From the NCBI RefSeq assembly GCF_011745625.1, contig NW_027191454.1, positions 682,001 to 746,000 of the forward strand: a stretch of 64,000 nt of DNA. Reading direction: 5' to 3'. Position numbers and translations under genes: made by a program. The DNA comes from Cladosporium halotolerans (lineage: Eukaryota). Shown here in pieces: positions 1 through 11,768 of this stretch (the stretch's first letter is position 1; each line of letters begins with the position of its first letter). The notes under the pieces are model-generated. The model saw only the letters and a program-made list of their open reading frames with translations, did not search any database and was not told the DNA's origin.

Positions 1-550
1 TGGTAAGCCGGATCGAGTCGTGGTCATGATGCCGCGCTAGCGGTATGCGCTGGTGAGTGTCTGGATAGTCATTTTCTTGTACGGAGACACACGCCATGGC
101 TACACTGCAGCTGCCCGAAGACAGCGAGACAAGTCCCGCGCGCGCAAACAATCTCTCGAACGTGTCTCGAGCCAAAACGCGATTGCGATGAGATGGAATT
201 CAAAACGTCGCTCATGTTTGTTGACAGTCATACACATTAAGGTATCTGAACTCTAGTGCGCGATCCAAAACGAAAAAACAGGAAAAAAATGGCTGCGACG
301 AATATCACCGCGCCAAAAGCAACGCCCATTCCAGCCGAAAAAAGGTCCGCTGAACGTGCCGTGATATCGTGTACCAGATACAAAGAAAGGTCCAGAGACT
401 TTGATACGAAAAAAGGTCCGCGCCGCCCTCCGTCGTCATGACGTTACAGCGTGACAGTCGATGCGCGCGCGCATGCTTCGGCGTAGTCGCGAAAGCCACG
501 GGTGGCGTGCGACTGGTGTAGCTTTGCAAAGCTCGCCCAATGCAATGCTC

Positions 551-1181
551 TTACACCTGGCTCATAGCCGGGCCGCTGCGGCGGATGCCACCGGGGCGGA
601 CGTTGGCGCCGCCGCGGGTAGCGAGGCCGCTCATGACGGTGGAGGCGAGGAAAGCGGCGAAGGCGAACCAGAAGAAGGCGGTGGAGGCCTGGGCCTCACG
701 GCAGCGGGAGCCGGAGCCGCGGGTGATGATGTTGCTGTCGAGGTAGTCCTGCCAATATTGTTAGTGAATGTTCCGCGGCGCATACTTTGCCAGGAACGAA
801 TGCTTACCTGGTTGCTGCAGCTGTGCACGTTCAGGTATGCGGCAGTGGCGATACCGGCGATAAGGGTGAAGATGGTGCAGAGGATGTCGAGGGTCAGAGG
901 GAAGGCAGGGTGGATGGTGAACGACTCCTTGACCGAGACGAGAATGAGGTAGAAGAGCGACAGCATGCAGAAGACGGCCACGAACATGTCGTAGTTGATG
1001 ACGGAGGGACCGCTGCTGATGGCGAGCATGTTACCGATGAGGGCCATGCAGAGGAGGATCCAGAGGAACTGTAGCATGGTCGTTAGCCGCTGCGCCTGGT
1101 GTTTTGGCATGCGCATTCAGATGCGCCTGCGCGCTCGTCGCGTACCTGGAGTCCTCGCAGACCGACTTGGACGATGGACAT
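551..1181 (-). CDS. NCE102: Non-classical export protein 2 / MARVEL-domain eisosome (MCC) membrane protein
   Basis: Exons 1181-1146, 1068-808, 748-551; GT-AG introns 1145-1069 and 807-749 with CTAAC branch points. Spliced protein MSIVQVGLRGLQFLWILLCMALIGN...PSVINYDMFVAVF...LNVHSCSNQDYLDSNIITRGSGSRCREAQASTAFFWFAF...GPAMSQV* has four hydrophobic segments and the CREAQASTAF motif typical of Nce102. Confidence 0.9.
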
Positions 1182-2707
1182 TGTGGCGGAGTGTGTGAGG
1201 TATGCTCGGTGTAGCGAAGCTGCAATATGAGTACTCGACTGTAATGTCGCGAGTGAGGTCGTTGTCGCTGTTTGGTGGATGCGAATGGAGGAACGCAGGA
1301 CAGGCGCCGTGTGATGCGACTCCGCAGGCCTTATTACGAGCTATGGGCAGGCGCGACTGCCTACGACGTCACCTCCGGCGCGAGCCAAGTCAAAGCAAAG
1401 TCTAACTCGTATGACGGCACCGACACCACCCAAATGCCAACCGCTCCACCCGTGAGCCGCGCGCTGCTGCTGCGGTGCGCCAGGCGATGCCGCCATGGGC
1501 TCGTCTGGGCTCCGCGATGATAGCATCGAGCGCAACTGCGCCAATGATCCTTCCAAGCAAGCACGGCAAGCTGCTCTCTCACTTGAGCCTCGTTGTTGTG
1601 GCGTTCGGATCATCTGCTAGCCTGACGCCCACCCTGCTACCGCGGTAGCATCCTGCTGTAAGGCTGCTGTGGCGCATCACTTGCCGCATCCCTACGCGAC
1701 CATTTGCTCATGCTGTGGCGAACACATACGCTTTCACTTCAGCACCTTCTCTCTGGTCCTCTAGCGATACAGTCCGAGACACTCCCGCTCCATCCACTGC
1801 TGTCTGTGCCAGAACGAAAATCTCGAATGATCTTTCGCGACAAAGGCGCGCGGGCCATCTCAGGCTCCGGCTAGGCCGGCGATCAAGCTTCCGCACAGAC
1901 ACGCGATCGCAGTCCGCTCGCTCGACATCGGGGGAGGAAGTGTGCTTGGGTACATCATCGCCCATAACACCTGGGGAATCCTCAGTCGATCGCCGCGACC
2001 GCCTGGCCACTGCGCTGCTTCCATTGACGCCATCCTTAGTGGCCGTAGACACGATAAAGGGACAGCACAATAGAAAAGCCTCGTGCTGGAACACGTCTCA
2101 TGCAGGCTTCCTTCAGCTCCTGCTGGGGTCCCTTGTCTACTTATGTACAGCTTGCCCATGCCTCGCTGCGACGAGGCTCATGCTTAATATGTTGTACGGG
2201 CAACATCCGATCATAAACCCAGTCCGAAAGCCGCGTTTGTAGGGGAAAATGCTTGAAAAATCCGTGATGATCGTCACATAACCTCTATTGAATAACTGAG
2301 GTGCATCATGCACGCAAAATCAATCTGGGCTGTCGCGGTAACGCTGACGTTGGTACGACCGCGACCAGCCGCGCATTCTTACAACCGCAACTAGAACGTT
2401 CGACAAGCATTCCCAGAACCTCTTCCAGCCCTACAGGTTGCGGGACGATGCCCGCAAAACACAACGCTATCTTCAGCACAATTGCAAGATTATACCTGAC
2501 GCGGATGATCGGAACGGCTTGATGCCGTACAGCATCACCAATCCAAATGCGCAAGACTCTCTTCGAGAATGGAATACGTCCGGCTGGCCAAGACGATCTA
2601 TGCTTGGACATGTATCGAATGAAAACCAGGTTTTCAGTGCGCATATACATGCGCAAATCTTTCCGCAACTCTTCTGCCCCAGCTCAACCCAACTCAATGC
2701 AAAGCCC

Positions 2708-4407
2708 CTACAATCCCAAACCCTCCAACAACCCCTCAATCGACTGCACCTTCGGATAATCCGGAAAAGCAGGCTCATAAACCTCCCTACAAACCGCATC
2801 GAACTCCCCCATCCTCCCCTCCACCCTCTCCCCCTCCTCGCCCTCCCTCCCCAACCCAACCACAACCCCATCCTCCCCCCTCACCCTCTCCCACCCCGGC
2901 CCCCGGCCCGGCTCCTTCACCCACTCCACAAACCACCCAAACACCTCGTCCGCCAGCGCCTGCTGCGCCGCCGTAACATTCTCCAGCCCGGAAAAGCACT
3001 CGTTCCCGCCGTGGAAAAACGGCACCTCCGTCCCATGCGTCGGCGCCGTGCCCGGCACTCCAACGACATTGTCGTACGCGCCGAAAAACCTATACGCCCA
3101 CGTCTTCTGCGCCGCCGCACGCATGCGCAGCAGGTACGTGACCGCGCAGGTGAAGCGCGCGTCGCCGTACTGTCTGCCGGCGCGCTGGGAATCGGTCGAG
3201 GCGTTGGTCGCCGGGTATGCGGCCAGCAGAGTCTGGGGCGGGATGTGCGCGACGTCGGCGTCGAAGGAGCGGATCCAGGAGGAGAAGTTGGCGTTTTCGG
3301 CCGCGTAGACGAGGGCGAAGATCGCGCCTTCGCCGGCGGAGGAGCCGGTGAGGAGGGGCACGTGCGAGGCGTAGGAGCCGGCTGCGAAGCGGGTGGCGTA
3401 GTCTGCGTGCCGGGTTTTGTTGTCGATCGCAGGGGTGAAGAGGGTGTTGAGGGTTTTGTTGAAGGTGGATGTTAGGAGGGTGGAGGCGGGGAGGGCGCGG
3501 AGGCAAGCGATGGCGCCGGACCCGTCGAGGGGGCAGGCGTGCTCTGCGGCGACGGCGTTGAGGGCTTCGCTGCGGGGCGCGAAGGCCGGGCCGGAGAGCG
3601 CGTTCGCGCTCATTTGCACGGCGCCGGCGAGGGTTGTGTTCGGGTGGTTCCAGAGGTAGTGGTCGACTTGCACGGAGCCGGAGGAGTGGCCGCCGAAGAC
3701 GATGTGGGCGGGGTTGCCGCCGAAGGCAGCGATGTTGGCCTGGATCCATTCGAGAGCCTTGTCGACGTCGAGGATGCTGAAATTCTGGGACTCGTCGGGG
3801 TTCTCGCGCTCGAGCTCTGCGGAGTGAGGTGAGGCGAAGATGCTCTCGCGAGTGTTGAAGTTGACGTAGACGACTCCGTTGCGGGCGAAGTTGGTGCCTT
3901 GCAGTTGGGTGTTGGCGTTCGAGCCGGTCACCATGGCACCGCCGTACATGTACACGAATACGGGCAGGTTGTCACCTGAGGGCGGTGCCCAGATGTTCAG
4001 ATTCAGACAGTCTTCGGACAGTTCGGTGAACGCAACCTGACCAGGGGCCTGCGGGCATGTCGCTCCGTATGATGTGGCGTTGAAAGGTCGAGAGGACTTG
4101 GGCAAGTCCTGGGGCGGACGCCATCTATTAGCGCTGCGTGAGTATAGATGGAGTGTGTCTACGAAGGAACATGGCATAGGTACCGGTTCTCGCCACCTGT
4201 CGATGCTGCGAAGGGGATGCCGAGATACACCGCGTTGCTGTGAGTGTCCTTGAATCCATGGATAACTCCTTGGTCGATGGTCGCCATAGGGGCGCCATTG
4301 CTGAAGCCATAACTTGCATTGATTGTCGTGTTTGTTGAGAGCGCTATGCTGGAAGTGAGCATTCCCGTGCAGGCGGCTGCCTTGTAGATGCCTCGTGCTG
4401 GTGCCAT
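2708..4407 (-). CDS. Carboxylesterase type B (lipase/cholinesterase-like), possibly secreted
   Basis: Exons 4407-4184 and 4124-2708 (intron 4183-4125). Motifs YLGIPFA...NRWRPP, SEDCLNLNIW, YGGAM oxyanion loop, GHSSG nucleophile elbow, GEG acid, PTHGTEV His; weakly hydrophobic N-terminus. Confidence 0.88.
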
Positions 4408-5279
4408 ACTCGACGTGCGGTAGGCCAGGGGAGTAGTATTGTCAATGGGTATCCAAGAAATGTCAAAACCAGGTCACCGAGAAGATTTATGCCGAAAGAT
4501 GCTGGATGCAGTGTTAACGGCTATCCTGGGAAAAATGCATTGACTGCTTGTCTAGACCGCCTTAATATATTACATAGCCGACCTTTTGCCGGGTTTCATT
4601 GTCAGTGCGAAGTCATGAAGCCATTTGCAGCTTTCGAGATCTTGCGAAACGTTCATCCAAAATCAGAAACACAGCGACAGCGCTGCATGGACAATAAAAT
4701 GCCGTGTTGTGGCGGCGCTCATGCTGTTTGAACGGTCACGGCTCCCAAAACGCTTGGAGAATAGCACCAGAGGACGGGAGTTGAAGCGCTGTCTGCGTTA
4801 CATGGCTCGCTGAGCGACAGAATGTGGTTTGTCCTTATCGTGAGCGCATCATAAGTGTAACGACAAAATCGATAGAACGTCGTCTGGTACACCGCCTTTG
4901 CAGAAGCATGTGGACCATCAGTCAGCATGCCGATCACAGGGAGTGCCACCGCGTCGCTGGGACCGACTTCAGCACCAAAGCTTGCGCGTGCGGTGTTGGT
5001 GGGGGCTTTCTGCCGTCCCTTAGTCCAACGGCCTTTTCTCACCATGATGCTCCCCGTCACACACACTAACCGTGGAGAGACAAAGCACATCGCCAGCACG
5101 GCACATCCTATAGTGGAGACCATGAGTGATGTTCACCCCAAGGGCGAAGCTTGTGCCAGAGCGCAATCGGACCCTAGGGTTCGGGAGATGATCCTACTGC
5201 TGTGGTTCATATTTCTTTAAGGTAGACTTTAGATAATCTTTTGAGTCCAGAGAAAACAGACAGCGATTGTGTGTGGAAA

Positions 5280-6867
5280 ATGGATTCGCCGGACGCTGAG
5301 AAAGCGGCCAACCGCCCCTCTGATGACTTCGACAAGACCGCGACAAACCCAGCAGACTCGCAACATGAAAAAAGAACTCTTCTCAAACTCGATCTCCTGC
5401 TGATCCCAGCAATGAGTATCTTGTATCTTCTGGCTTTCCTTGACCGCACCAACATTGGCAATGCTCGTGTCGCTGGACTGCAGGAAGATCTGGGCATGAG
5501 TGCATATCAATATTCGACAGGTACATCCCGCAATCTTTGCCATCCATTTGATATCTCCACTCACACCTTGACCAGCAATCACGGTGACCTACGTGCCATA
5601 CATCGCCGCCGAGCTGCCTTCGAATCTGCTCCTGAACAAGATCGGACCTCGCATTCTCCTCCCTGCAATTTGCGTCCTTTGGGGCGTAGTATCGACTCTC
5701 CAATCTCAGGTCAGCTCCTACAGCGGCCTACTCGCCGTTCGCTTCTTCCTCGGACTGGTCGAGGGTGGTCTTTTTCCCGGCATCGTCCTCTACCTGTCTG
5801 GCTTCTATAGGCGCCACGAGCTCCAAGTGCGCGTCGGACTCTTCTTCTCGGCCGCCGCAGTGAGTGGTGCTTTCTCCGGCTTGCTCGCAGCCGCCATCAT
5901 CCAGATGGACGGGCTCCGGGGCATGCGCGGCTGGCAATGGGTGTTCCTGCTCGAAGGCGTCTTCACCGTCTGCTACGGCTTCGTGATCGCCGCCTTCCTG
6001 CCCAACACACCTCGCGACGTAACGCTCTTCACGCCCGAAGAAAAAGAGCACTGCATCAAAAGGCTAGAAACGGACGGCCCGGCGAAAGAGAGCGGCGAAT
6101 TCAACCTCAAAGCCATGCTGTCGACCTTCCGCAGCCTGCACATCTGGATCCTCTGCCTGGCCATCTTCGCCAACGGCGTCGGGGTCTTCGGCCTGGCGAA
6201 CTTCACTCCAAGGTAAGTGGCAAATCCCCCTCTCAAACCCCCCTCACAAACCCCTACTAACCCCCAATCCAGCATCGTCCAATCCTTCGGCTACACCGGC
6301 GCGCGCACCCAACTCCTCACCGTCCCCCCATTCGTCCTCGCCTTCATAGCAACCATGATCTCCGCGCCCCTCGCCGACCGCTACCGCGCCCGCGGCCTGA
6401 CCGCCATAATAACCAGCATCCCCGCAATCGCCGGCTTCTCGCTCTTCCTCGCGCGCTCGAGCCTCGGCGCGCGCTACACGGCGCTCTGCCTCATGATCAT
6501 GGGCGTGTACTCGACGACGCCCAGCCTGGTCAGCTGGGTGCCGAACAACACGGCGACGCGCACGCGGCGCAGCACGGCGGTCGCGATGGCGTTCGTGAGC
6601 AGCAACTCGGGCGGGATCCTGAGCACCTGGATCTACCCCGACGAGGACGCGCCGGACTACAAGCTGGCGGCGGGGCTGACGCTGGCGTTCATGGTTGTTG
6701 TGGTGTTTGCGGCGGCGGGGGAGGTGGGGTTGTTGAGGTGGTTGAATAGGCGGAAGAGGGAGGAGGGGTGGAGGAGTAGGGTGCTGGGGGGTGTGGAGGG
6801 GTTGGGCGTGCAGGGCGAGTATGAGGTGCTGGGGGATGGGCATCCGGATTTTGAATATACCTTGTAG
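5280..6867 (+). CDS. MFS transporter, anion:cation symporter (allantoate/nicotinate permease, DAL5/TNA1-like) family
   Basis: Exons 5280-5520, 5576-6212, 6273-6867. Motifs LKLDLLLIP, FLDRTNIGNARVAG, ELPSNLLL, RFFLGLVEGG, GWQWVFLLEG, C-terminal HPDFEYTL. Confidence 0.88.
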
Positions 6868-7202
6868 GGGAGCGATAAGAGAGAAATGATGTAGATGTTC
6901 GGAGTCCAATTCGTTCTTATTTTTGGTGGTTTTCTTCTTCGTGTACTTTTCATCTCGCACGTCTCCCCTCCCGTGAGCTCACAAACCAGCGCGAGCTGAC
7001 CGCCATCTCAATCTGACTCCCGTGCGAAAGAGGAAGGGAAAGAAAAATAAGAACAAGAGAAAAACAACGCGCAACCTCCATCAAAGCAGGCCCCCGGCCG
7101 ATAATTTTGGTATCACAATTCGCACTTCATGCCTCGTAAATGATCTGCCTCCCAGTCGTCACCATGCATGCATTCTGTCGCGCAGCAAGCTCCGCCACCC
7201 GT

Positions 7203-9755
7203 TTAGTCCGCCGCCTCAGCCAGCTGGATGATCAGCCTGCTCGCGACGTCCAAGAACGGGAAAGGCGAGGAAATGTCCTTCTCATCCGCGTATCTGCCCT
7301 CGCCCACAAGATCCTCGTCCTCATCCTCATCGGCACCCTCGCCATCATCAGGGTTCGAGCCCTTCCGCGACCCCATCTCCGGCTCCTCGCCGCCGTTGAG
7401 CTCGCGCCCGAATCTCCTCACCAGACGCTCGTAGCCCGCGCACTTGAAGTCGACGAGGTAGAAATCCTTCTCGATGGCGTACAGCTGGATCGTCACGTAG
7501 ACCCAGACCTTCTCGTCCGGGCGCGGCCAGCCGCGGCCTTGGAGCGAGTTGGTCGCGGAGAGCGGCGGGCCCGTGGCAGCGACGTTCTCCGAGCTACCGG
7601 TGGCGGACGCCGCGGCGCTGGAGACCGTCGAGCTGCGACGGCGGGCGTTCTCCGCGCTGAGGTCGACGCGCGAGGAGTGCGTTGACGAGGGATGCGCGAC
7701 GCCCGGCGGGTACATGCCGTCTTTCAGGAAGCGGGCGTTGAGGCACCAAGGGTCTTCGGGGATCTCGTAGCCATAATCGTTCCAGCGGCCGTAGCGTTCG
7801 CGGCCGCGGCGCTCGGAGCCGTGCGAGCGCTTCTCTCTGCGGCGCTGGCGGCGGCGCTCTTGCTCCGAATGCGTGGCGTACTCGGGGTCAGTGCCGGCAT
7901 CGGGGTCCGAGTCGCTGTATTCTGGGCTCTCGTCGCCTTCGCGGTGGCGGTCGGGGCTGCGGTCACGTTCGCTACGCTCTGCGCCAGGCTCTTTGGGCTT
8001 CGGGACTTCCCACTCGGCGCCCATTCTGCGCAAAGCCTTGTAAATGGCGAGCATTGCCTCCGCAGGCGTATTACGACTACGGATTCCGAACTGCCATTTG
8101 GTCGGGCGCTGCTTTTTCGCTGTCTTGTCGGGAAGGCTTGTCATGGGTTCCGGCTTCTCTGCGTTGCGATGCATGTTGGCCGAACTCTTGCTGTGAGGTT
8201 TGAGGCGCTTTGCCGTAGCCTCTTGCTCCTCCTTAGTGCGAGGATGGTCGTGCTCTGGCTCCCTGTCGTCCGGCTGCGCAGAAGGTGTGGATTTAGTGAC
8301 CTGTCCCTTCATGTATGCAAGATGGTACTCGGGCAGAGACGTTGGAAGGATACCAATCGAGGACCCCGGCGACCTGGCTTCCGAGATAGATGCAGAACCC
8401 GTCGAGCCATGACGCGGATGTTCCATGGATTGCATGGGAGACGGTGGTGGAGCACGTTGGTTGGTTGGACGCGGCGACATCTGCATCTGGGGCTGGAAAG
8501 CAGGCGGAGACTGAGCCATGAAAGCAGGTTGATCTTGCGCGAGGTTCGGGTTGGCCCTCATAAGCTGATTCTCCCGCACAATCAAGTAAGCATCCTTGAT
8601 TGCACTCGGCTCGTTCTTCGAAAGTGCCTCCTGAACATCGTCTGGTGCGTAGCCCATGGTCTTGCCAAGCTTGCTCACTACAGTGGTGTGAAGCTTCTCT
8701 TGTAGGGCTACCGGCTGAGTCTTGTCCAGGGTTTGCGGGTCGATGGGCTTGTTGGGATCGACGCCAGTGTCGATGAATTCCTCGACCGGAGGCTGCAGGT
8801 ATTCGGCGAGATCCTTAGTGAACCACGGGTCCTGACGAATCTCCTGGATAGTAATTCTGTTGACCGGATTCACTTGCAGCATGCGCTTAATGAGCCGCAC
8901 GGCTCCCTGGGACAGATAGTTGGGCACTGAGTAGTTGCCCTGGGCGATCTTCTTAAACAGCGCCGGGATATATTCGTCGTCAAAAGGCAGGCGACCGCAG
9001 AGCAAGACATATAGAATGACGCCACAACTCCAGACATCGACTTCCGGTCCAGCGTACAACTTGCCGCTGATGACTTCTGGAGCTGCATAGTTGGGGCTTC
9101 CGCAGCTAGTCTTGAGGAAGTTGCCATCCGTCATGATGTTACTCAAGCCGAAGTCAGCAATCTTGACGTTGAGCTGGTCGTCCAGTAGGAGGTTCTCCGG
9201 CTTCAAGTCACGATGGACGATCTTGTGTCTATGGCAGTACTCCACGGCGCAGACGATCTGCTGGAAGAATTTCCTGGCCTGGCTCTCCGCGAGTTTGCCG
9301 TGCGTGACGATGTAGTCGAAAAGCTCCTTCCCGGCGTATTCCAAGACCATGATGATCTCACTCGGAGTCGTGATGACGGTGTATAGCTTGATAATGTGTG
9401 GGTGGCGCAAGAGCTGCAAGTATTGAATCTCCCTTTCAATTCGCCCTGCCATGTCCCTTGTAACCAGTTTCCGTCTCGAGATGATCTTCAAAGCCACCTG
9501 CTGCTGGCTGATTTCGTGGACAGCCAGCTTAACTTTGCCGAACGAGCCCTCTCCCAGCGTCTTCACTATTTTGTACTGGCCGAGTCGCTGAGAAGCTCGA
9601 GAGACCGGCGGTCTCTGTGGTTGAGCGCGAGGCTCGTTGGGAATTGGGTTGACGGGACCGCCATTTTGCGGGCGGTTGTCCTTGGAATTGCGGCGCGCGT
9701 TTGAGCTCGAGGAAATGGAGAGGGACAGGTCCTCATCATCGAGGGCGGAGGTCAT
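7203..9755 (-). CDS. SNF1: Carbon catabolite-derepressing AMPK catalytic subunit Snf1
   Basis: Uninterrupted 850-aa ORF; GEGSFGKVKL, HRDLKPENLLLD, DFGLSNIMTDGNFLKTSCGSPNYAAPE, KWQFGIRS and IQLY...YLVDFK in the C-terminal domain. Confidence 0.96.
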   Translation of the reverse strand: MTSALDDEDLSLSISSSSNARRNSKDNRPQNGGPVNPIPNEPRAQPQRPPVSRASQRLGQYKIVKTLGEGSFGKVKLAVHEISQQQVALKIISRRKLVTRDMAGRIEREIQYLQLLRHPHIIKLYTVITTPSEIIMVLEYAGKELFDYIVTHGKLAESQARKFFQQIVCAVEYCHRHKIVHRDLKPENLLLDDQLNVKIADFGLSNIMTDGNFLKTSCGSPNYAAPEVISGKLYAGPEVDVWSCGVILYVLLCGRLPFDDEYIPALFKKIAQGNYSVPNYLSQGAVRLIKRMLQVNPVNRITIQEIRQDPWFTKDLAEYLQPPVEEFIDTGVDPNKPIDPQTLDKTQPVALQEKLHTTVVSKLGKTMGYAPDDVQEALSKNEPSAIKDAYLIVRENQLMRANPNLAQDQPAFMAQSPPAFQPQMQMSPRPTNQRAPPPSPMQSMEHPRHGSTGSASISEARSPGSSIGILPTSLPEYHLAYMKGQVTKSTPSAQPDDREPEHDHPRTKEEQEATAKRLKPHSKSSANMHRNAEKPEPMTSLPDKTAKKQRPTKWQFGIRSRNTPAEAMLAIYKALRRMGAEWEVPKPKEPGAERSERDRSPDRHREGDESPEYSDSDPDAGTDPEYATHSEQERRRQRRREKRSHGSERRGRERYGRWNDYGYEIPEDPWCLNARFLKDGMYPPGVAHPSSTHSSRVDLSAENARRRSSTVSSAAASATGSSENVAATGPPLSATNSLQGRGWPRPDEKVWVYVTIQLYAIEKDFYLVDFKCAGYERLVRRFGRELNGGEEPEMGSRKGSNPDDGEGADEDEDEDLVGEGRYADEKDISSPFPFLDVASRLIIQLAEAAD

Positions 9756-11768
9756 GGTTCAGGCTTGGAAGTGGCCGGGTGGACCGGCCCAAACCGCTAC
9801 AACGGTGATGGATGCTCTGGCGATGCAGAGCAAACTGTTGCGGGGCAGGCGGTTGGGAGCTGAAGTCGGGCAGAGAGGAAGTGATGTGGTGGGTTTTGAC
9901 AGTGGCTGTGCAAAGTTCACGGGAGAATTACTGCGCCTGCAGCTTGCCGTCGGAGGGTGAGTGCGGGACCAGGATTGAGAAGTGGTGTGTGAGGTGCAGC
10001 AGTGGAGGAGCGGTGCTTCGGAGCCGACGGGCTCTAAGAGGATGGAGTCGCGGGCGGTGTTCGTGGGGAAGGTCGGTGGCACGCGCCTGTATGTGGCTCG
10101 TCGGCGTCTATCGAGATGCGGGCAGTCGATTCGAGGGGAAGAGGTGTCGCTGGATGCAGAAATGGCAAGGCCCCGATTCGCATCGCATTCGCTACGATTG
10201 GCCGCGGGTCATGTGTATTGGAGAGAGGGGAGAGCGGAGGGCAGGGCCGGCTCGAGCCTCCGCCCATCGCTTATGCGAAAGTTTGTCAGCTTTTTAACAG
10301 TCACTCGTGCAGACAGTCAACACGAATGCTCTGCAGGAAATGGCAGCAAATCGACTTGTACTCAGATGAAGAGGCGTCTTTGACCCTTATGCTTAGATCT
10401 CTCAAATTCGTGAACTCAAAGCTGTGCTATCATTCCCTAAGGCAATCTCAACATGCATGTTCGTCAGAGAGCCTACCATTTCTGCGCGCCACAAACTTTC
10501 AGTCGGCCGTGAGAAGACTCACCACGTCGGAGCCCGAGCTCCGAAGAGGGGTGGTCTGACGTACGCCAATTCACCGTCTTGTGTATGTACGGCTCACGGG
10601 TCGTGTGCAGACGTGCTGCTAGACTGTTTACTGCTGATCAACACCAGACAACTCTACGTGATTTTGCGCACGCAGAGGCAGGATGAATGCACATGCCAGC
10701 AAAGGCACCTACACGGAGTAAAATTTACCGTGACACCAGCAGGTAGCCCAACCAGCACACGCCAGGACGCCTATCCTCGCTGCTGCATTTGATGGGAATT
10801 TTGTGGAGCCTGTGCATGCGGGCTATGCCTCTTCCAAGACTGCTTGCATACCGTAGAATGCGAGGCCAAGCCTCCGTGAGCATCTCTAGCAAGCAGCAAG
10901 ATGCGCGTGATGAGGATGGGAAGATTACTGGCATACAGTATACACCACCCAGGTACTGGCGGGCAAGCTTATTCGGCATCGCTTCGAAAGAATCATCCGA
11001 GGCCTGAGCGTAAATTATGAGGTACACGGCGTATGTCGTGCATGTGCACCTCTGGAGTATGCTGAGAAATATCAGCGGCAAAGTAAATGATCTTTCTACC
11101 TAGCCTCTCACATCTACGCAGTGCAGGGTGCACGGAGTCACCTCGTATTCGCACACGGCCAGGTCGCTATCAGCGCAAAGACATCCGTCGGGCAGGCGAT
11201 GTGCGTGTGCATGGTGAGCCTTGGTGCATCGTGGCATTTGACGTGCAGCAGCGAAGCTCAGGGCCAGAGATGCACCATGACGGCGCTATGGAAAAGACAC
11301 GGGAATTGCATGCGCCAACGCACGTGATGGCAGGCGGCATGGCGACAACGCTAGGCGCCGTTCATCTCGCAGCAGGACAGGACAGGCCTGCAGGTTGGCA
11401 CGTTGGCAGCGGCAGAGACAAAGCGATGCTTGCAAGGGACCGTCGCGAGGGCGCGGCCGGCGATTCTAGTCGATCGAAAGCCGGGATAGGCCTGGTGGTG
11501 GAGGGGTTGCTGAAGCAATTCTGGCGCCCGTGCGCCAGACAACAATCAACAGAGCCCCCACCGTGGACGTCACTTCCAAACACCCAACCCGCCAGCCCGG
11601 CCTGCGACACTCGCTTGTTGATCCTTCGTCGGGCACCACTGTTGACCTTCTCGTCCGATTTCCTTTCCAAAACACTCCCTTCCAATGGCATCGCCTTTCG
11701 CAACCGGCGACGCCAAAGACTTTCTCCCCATCCCCCCGCCTCTCACCCACACTCGCTCAACAAACAAC

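Noticed and set aside
10907..11007. Possible box C/D snoRNA (GTGATGA...CTGA with short flanking complementarity)
   Set aside because: The terminal stem is one base off the usual K-turn register, there are no clear C'/D' boxes, and I could not identify a convincing rRNA guide.
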